Origin: Candidatus Calditenuaceae archaeon HR02
Lineage (GTDB): Archaea; Thermoproteota; Nitrososphaeria_A; Caldarchaeales; Calditenuaceae
DNA length: 64,000 nucleotides
NCBI GenBank assembly: GCA_002898395.1
Contig: BEHE01000002.1
Location: 32,001-96,000 of the forward strand
Direction: 5' to 3'
Shown here: positions 61,682 through 64,000 of the stretch, piece after piece
Numbering within the stretch: the first letter of the stretch is position 1
How the letters are laid out: each line of letters starts with the position of its first letter
Position numbers and translations under genes: made by a program
The notes under the pieces: model-generated
What the model was told of the DNA's origin: nothing
Database searches by the model: none
What the model saw: only the letters and a program-made list of their open reading frames with translations

Positions 61682-62686
61682 GTGGCGAAGCTTAGAGGTC
61701 GCGGCATTGCCGCAATTTGCTATCCAACAGGTATGAATCTAGGTGGAGACCCCAGCCAGACAGTTATAATAGCTCAGCCTGACGGAACTTTCGTGGTAAA
61801 TGTGGCTAGTGTTGAACTAGGTCAAGGTTTGAGGACTGTGCTAGCGCAGATCGCGGCTGAGGCTATAGGTGCCTCCATTGAAGACATTGAGGTTAGATTT
61901 GGGGACACACAATTGGCACCACATGATACAGGCACATTTGCGAGTAGAACAACCCACAGGATGGGGAACGCGATCATAAAGGCTGGACAGGAAGTAAGGC
62001 AGATACTGTTAGATGTAGCATCTAAGATACTGGAGGTCTCCCCCCAAGACCTAGAGATTAGGAATGGGAAGATATGGGTTAGAGGTGTTCCTGATAAGTT
62101 TATATCGGTAAGGGAGGTAGCTAGCCAGGCACAGTTCGTCTACAACATTCCAGTGGTAGGAAAGGGTCACTACGTCAAGCCCAAAAGCATTGTAGACCCT
62201 GAAACTGGTGAGTCTGACCCACATTCAACAATGGCGCACGGCTGTGTGGTAGCCGATGTAGAGGTCGACACTGAGACTGGTGAGGTAACCGTTCTCCGGC
62301 TATTTACAGTCTACGAGGTTGGCAGGGCAGTTAATCCAAAACTCGTCGAGGGCCAGATAATAGGCGGCGCGGTGATGGGTCTTGGAGCTGCATTGAGAGA
62401 GACAGTCTATCCCCGCTACCCACAGATAATACACCAAACCACGAGTTTTCGCGAATACGTCTTACCTACAGCGGGCGACGTTCCAAAGATTATCTACAAG
62501 ATAGTTGAGTCACCCACACCGACAGGACCATACGGTGCTAAAGGTGTCGGCGAGATGGTAGCAAACGGCATAGCACCCGCGATAGTTAATGCGGTTTACG
62601 ATGCAATTGGTGTACAGATAACCGAGCTACCTATAACCCCTGAGAAAGTGTTAAAGGCCTTAAGTGAAAAGGGGAAATCAAAATGA
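61682..62686 (+). CDS. Xanthine dehydrogenase-family molybdopterin subunit, C-terminal part (NdhM-like)
   Basis: RGRGIA, ELGQG, TFASR, EGQIIGG, GAKGVGE. Confidence 0.9.
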   Translation: MAKLRGRGIAAICYPTGMNLGGDPSQTVIIAQPDGTFVVNVASVELGQGLRTVLAQIAAEAIGASIEDIEVRFGDTQLAPHDTGTFASRTTHRMGNAIIKAGQEVRQILLDVASKILEVSPQDLEIRNGKIWVRGVPDKFISVREVASQAQFVYNIPVVGKGHYVKPKSIVDPETGESDPHSTMAHGCVVADVEVDTETGEVTVLRLFTVYEVGRAVNPKLVEGQIIGGAVMGLGAALRETVYPRYPQIIHQTTSFREYVLPTAGDVPKIIYKIVESPTPTGPYGAKGVGEMVANGIAPAIVNAVYDAIGVQITELPITPEKVLKALSEKGKSK

Positions 62687-62737
62687 AGAGCTTCAAATAT
62701 AACGCTTATATATCATCTCCATATTTTCTACCTCGCC

Positions 62738-63550
62738 ATGCCAGAAATTAAGATACAGTATATCGGACACGCATCTTTTTATATTGAATGGAAAGATGAG
62801 AAGATCTATCTCGACCCTTGGCTGAAGTCTCCTGGAATCGCGGGTGGGTGGACCAACCCTGTGAGCCCTGTTGCTCTTGATGATGTAAAAGAGGCCACTG
62901 TGGTTCTCGTGACACACGGCCACATAGACCATATTGGACACGCTATCGAGATCGTGAAGAAGACCGGTGCATGCCTGATATGTAGCCCAGAGGTTGGAAT
63001 GTATGCAGACATACACGGAATACCCTACGACTCTGATCCAGACCCAAAGGCAGGGCGGAATTACTGGATGTATCCGCTTAACGTGGGAGGAAGCTGCAAC
63101 ATCAGGGGAGTCACATACACGATGGTCCCTGCATTCCACTCAAGCAGCATCATGCACTACGACTATGTAAAAAACAAGACTAGGTATCCGGACGGCGCGG
63201 TAGGGTATGTGATATCTTTCCCTGACGGGCCTGTGATCTATGCCTCGGGAGACACGGGCGTCTCTATGGAGATGCACATGATTCAAGAGCTATACGGTCC
63301 CGAAATATGCATAATGACAGCGGGGGGCCAGTATAATATGGGCGTTAGGGAGTTCGCGTATGCGTGCAAGATATTGAAGCCTAAGATAGCCATACCCTGC
63401 CACTACGATACTTTCCCGCGGCAGAGACTAGATAAAGAGAAACTAAGACAGGCTGTATCTGTCATGTCACCATCTACAAATCTTGTTTTTCTTAATCCAG
63501 GCGAGAGTTTAAGATATGTAACGGAATCGACCTGGTTTGTGGAGAGGTGA
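62738..63550 (+). CDS. Metallo-beta-lactamase-fold hydrolase (UPF0173-like)
   Basis: GHAS, THGHIDH, AFHSS, SGDTG, PCHY. Confidence 0.88.
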   Translation: MPEIKIQYIGHASFYIEWKDEKIYLDPWLKSPGIAGGWTNPVSPVALDDVKEATVVLVTHGHIDHIGHAIEIVKKTGACLICSPEVGMYADIHGIPYDSDPDPKAGRNYWMYPLNVGGSCNIRGVTYTMVPAFHSSSIMHYDYVKNKTRYPDGAVGYVISFPDGPVIYASGDTGVSMEMHMIQELYGPEICIMTAGGQYNMGVREFAYACKILKPKIAIPCHYDTFPRQRLDKEKLRQAVSVMSPSTNLVFLNPGESLRYVTESTWFVER

Positions 63551-63957
63551 TCTTGGTGGATCTGGACCTGCTCTATGAGTTGGAAGCTAAGGTCATTAGG
63601 ACTGTTGAGATTGGTGGCGGAGCTACAGGGGGTAGAACCGACTTCTACATGCAAGGGAAGGTCTCGGGGAAAATAAATGGCTCGTATGAAGGAGTAGACT
63701 ACGGATCAACGGTTAAGACGGAACGTGGTGACGCTGTCTATGTCCATGTACACGAGACAATAAAGACAGATAAGGGGATAATCTCGGCATTTAGGCGTGG
63801 ATATGCCATCCCCTCTGGCCAGGGGTATAATGTGAGAGCGTTTGTTCTTTTCCAGACAGGGGTGCCTGAGCTCAGATATCTGAACTGGACTTTGGGTTTG
63901 GCTGAGGGCGTAGCTGGCCCTGATGGTCTTAAACTCAAGATATATGCAGTTAGGTAG
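63547..63957 (+). CDS. DUF3237-like beta-barrel protein
   Basis: 'IGGGATGGR', 'GVDY', 'FQTG...YLN'. Confidence 0.65.
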   Translation: MILVDLDLLYELEAKVIRTVEIGGGATGGRTDFYMQGKVSGKINGSYEGVDYGSTVKTERGDAVYVHVHETIKTDKGIISAFRRGYAIPSGQGYNVRAFVLFQTGVPELRYLNWTLGLAEGVAGPDGLKLKIYAVR

Positions 63958-64000
63958 AGAAGGTTCTTTTTCTTCTAAGCCCCTCAAATGTTATTTTCCT

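Noticed and set aside
62698-62727. Possible ModE box upstream of the MBL hydrolase
   Set aside because: Only a half-match, and adequately explained as a TATA box.
55-63987. Numerous short antisense or overlapping ORFs in the six-frame track
   Set aside because: Shadow ORFs of well-supported genes or tRNAs, without recognisable motifs.

Overview
Archaeal chromosome segment of a TACK-type lineage. L40e, S17e, L15e, S3Ae, fni, Pcc1, a TACK-style proteasome beta subunit and RING proteins are consistent with Aigarchaeota/Caldarchaeales, but the taxon is an inference. It is mostly housekeeping genes, with four accessory areas. (1) 1-12.5 kb: an uncharacterised membrane cluster of two OPT-like polytopic transporters, a GT-C glycosyltransferase, a 1055-aa FtsX-type permease ending in a CARF-like Rossmann domain, and an operon of a PqqD/RRE protein, a mini-FtsX permease, an IolE-like enzyme and an LLM oxidoreductase. 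(2) 28.5-31 kb: a decayed island after tRNA(CAT) with a free-standing LAGLIDADG endonuclease and a DNA methyltransferase pseudogene. (3) 37-39.4 kb: two C4HC3 RING proteins (one Rbx1/Apc11-like, one membrane-anchored) flanking two coiled-coil proteins. (4) 56.8-64 kb: tRNA-Ala with a non-canonical D-arm intron, an IS6, a broken IS5-type element and a four-subunit xanthine-dehydrogenase-family operon. Also notable is an ArsR-HTH/ATP-cone/degenerate ribonucleotide-reductase fusion. No CRISPR array or rRNA was seen. All family assignments come from motif recognition by eye, not database searches.
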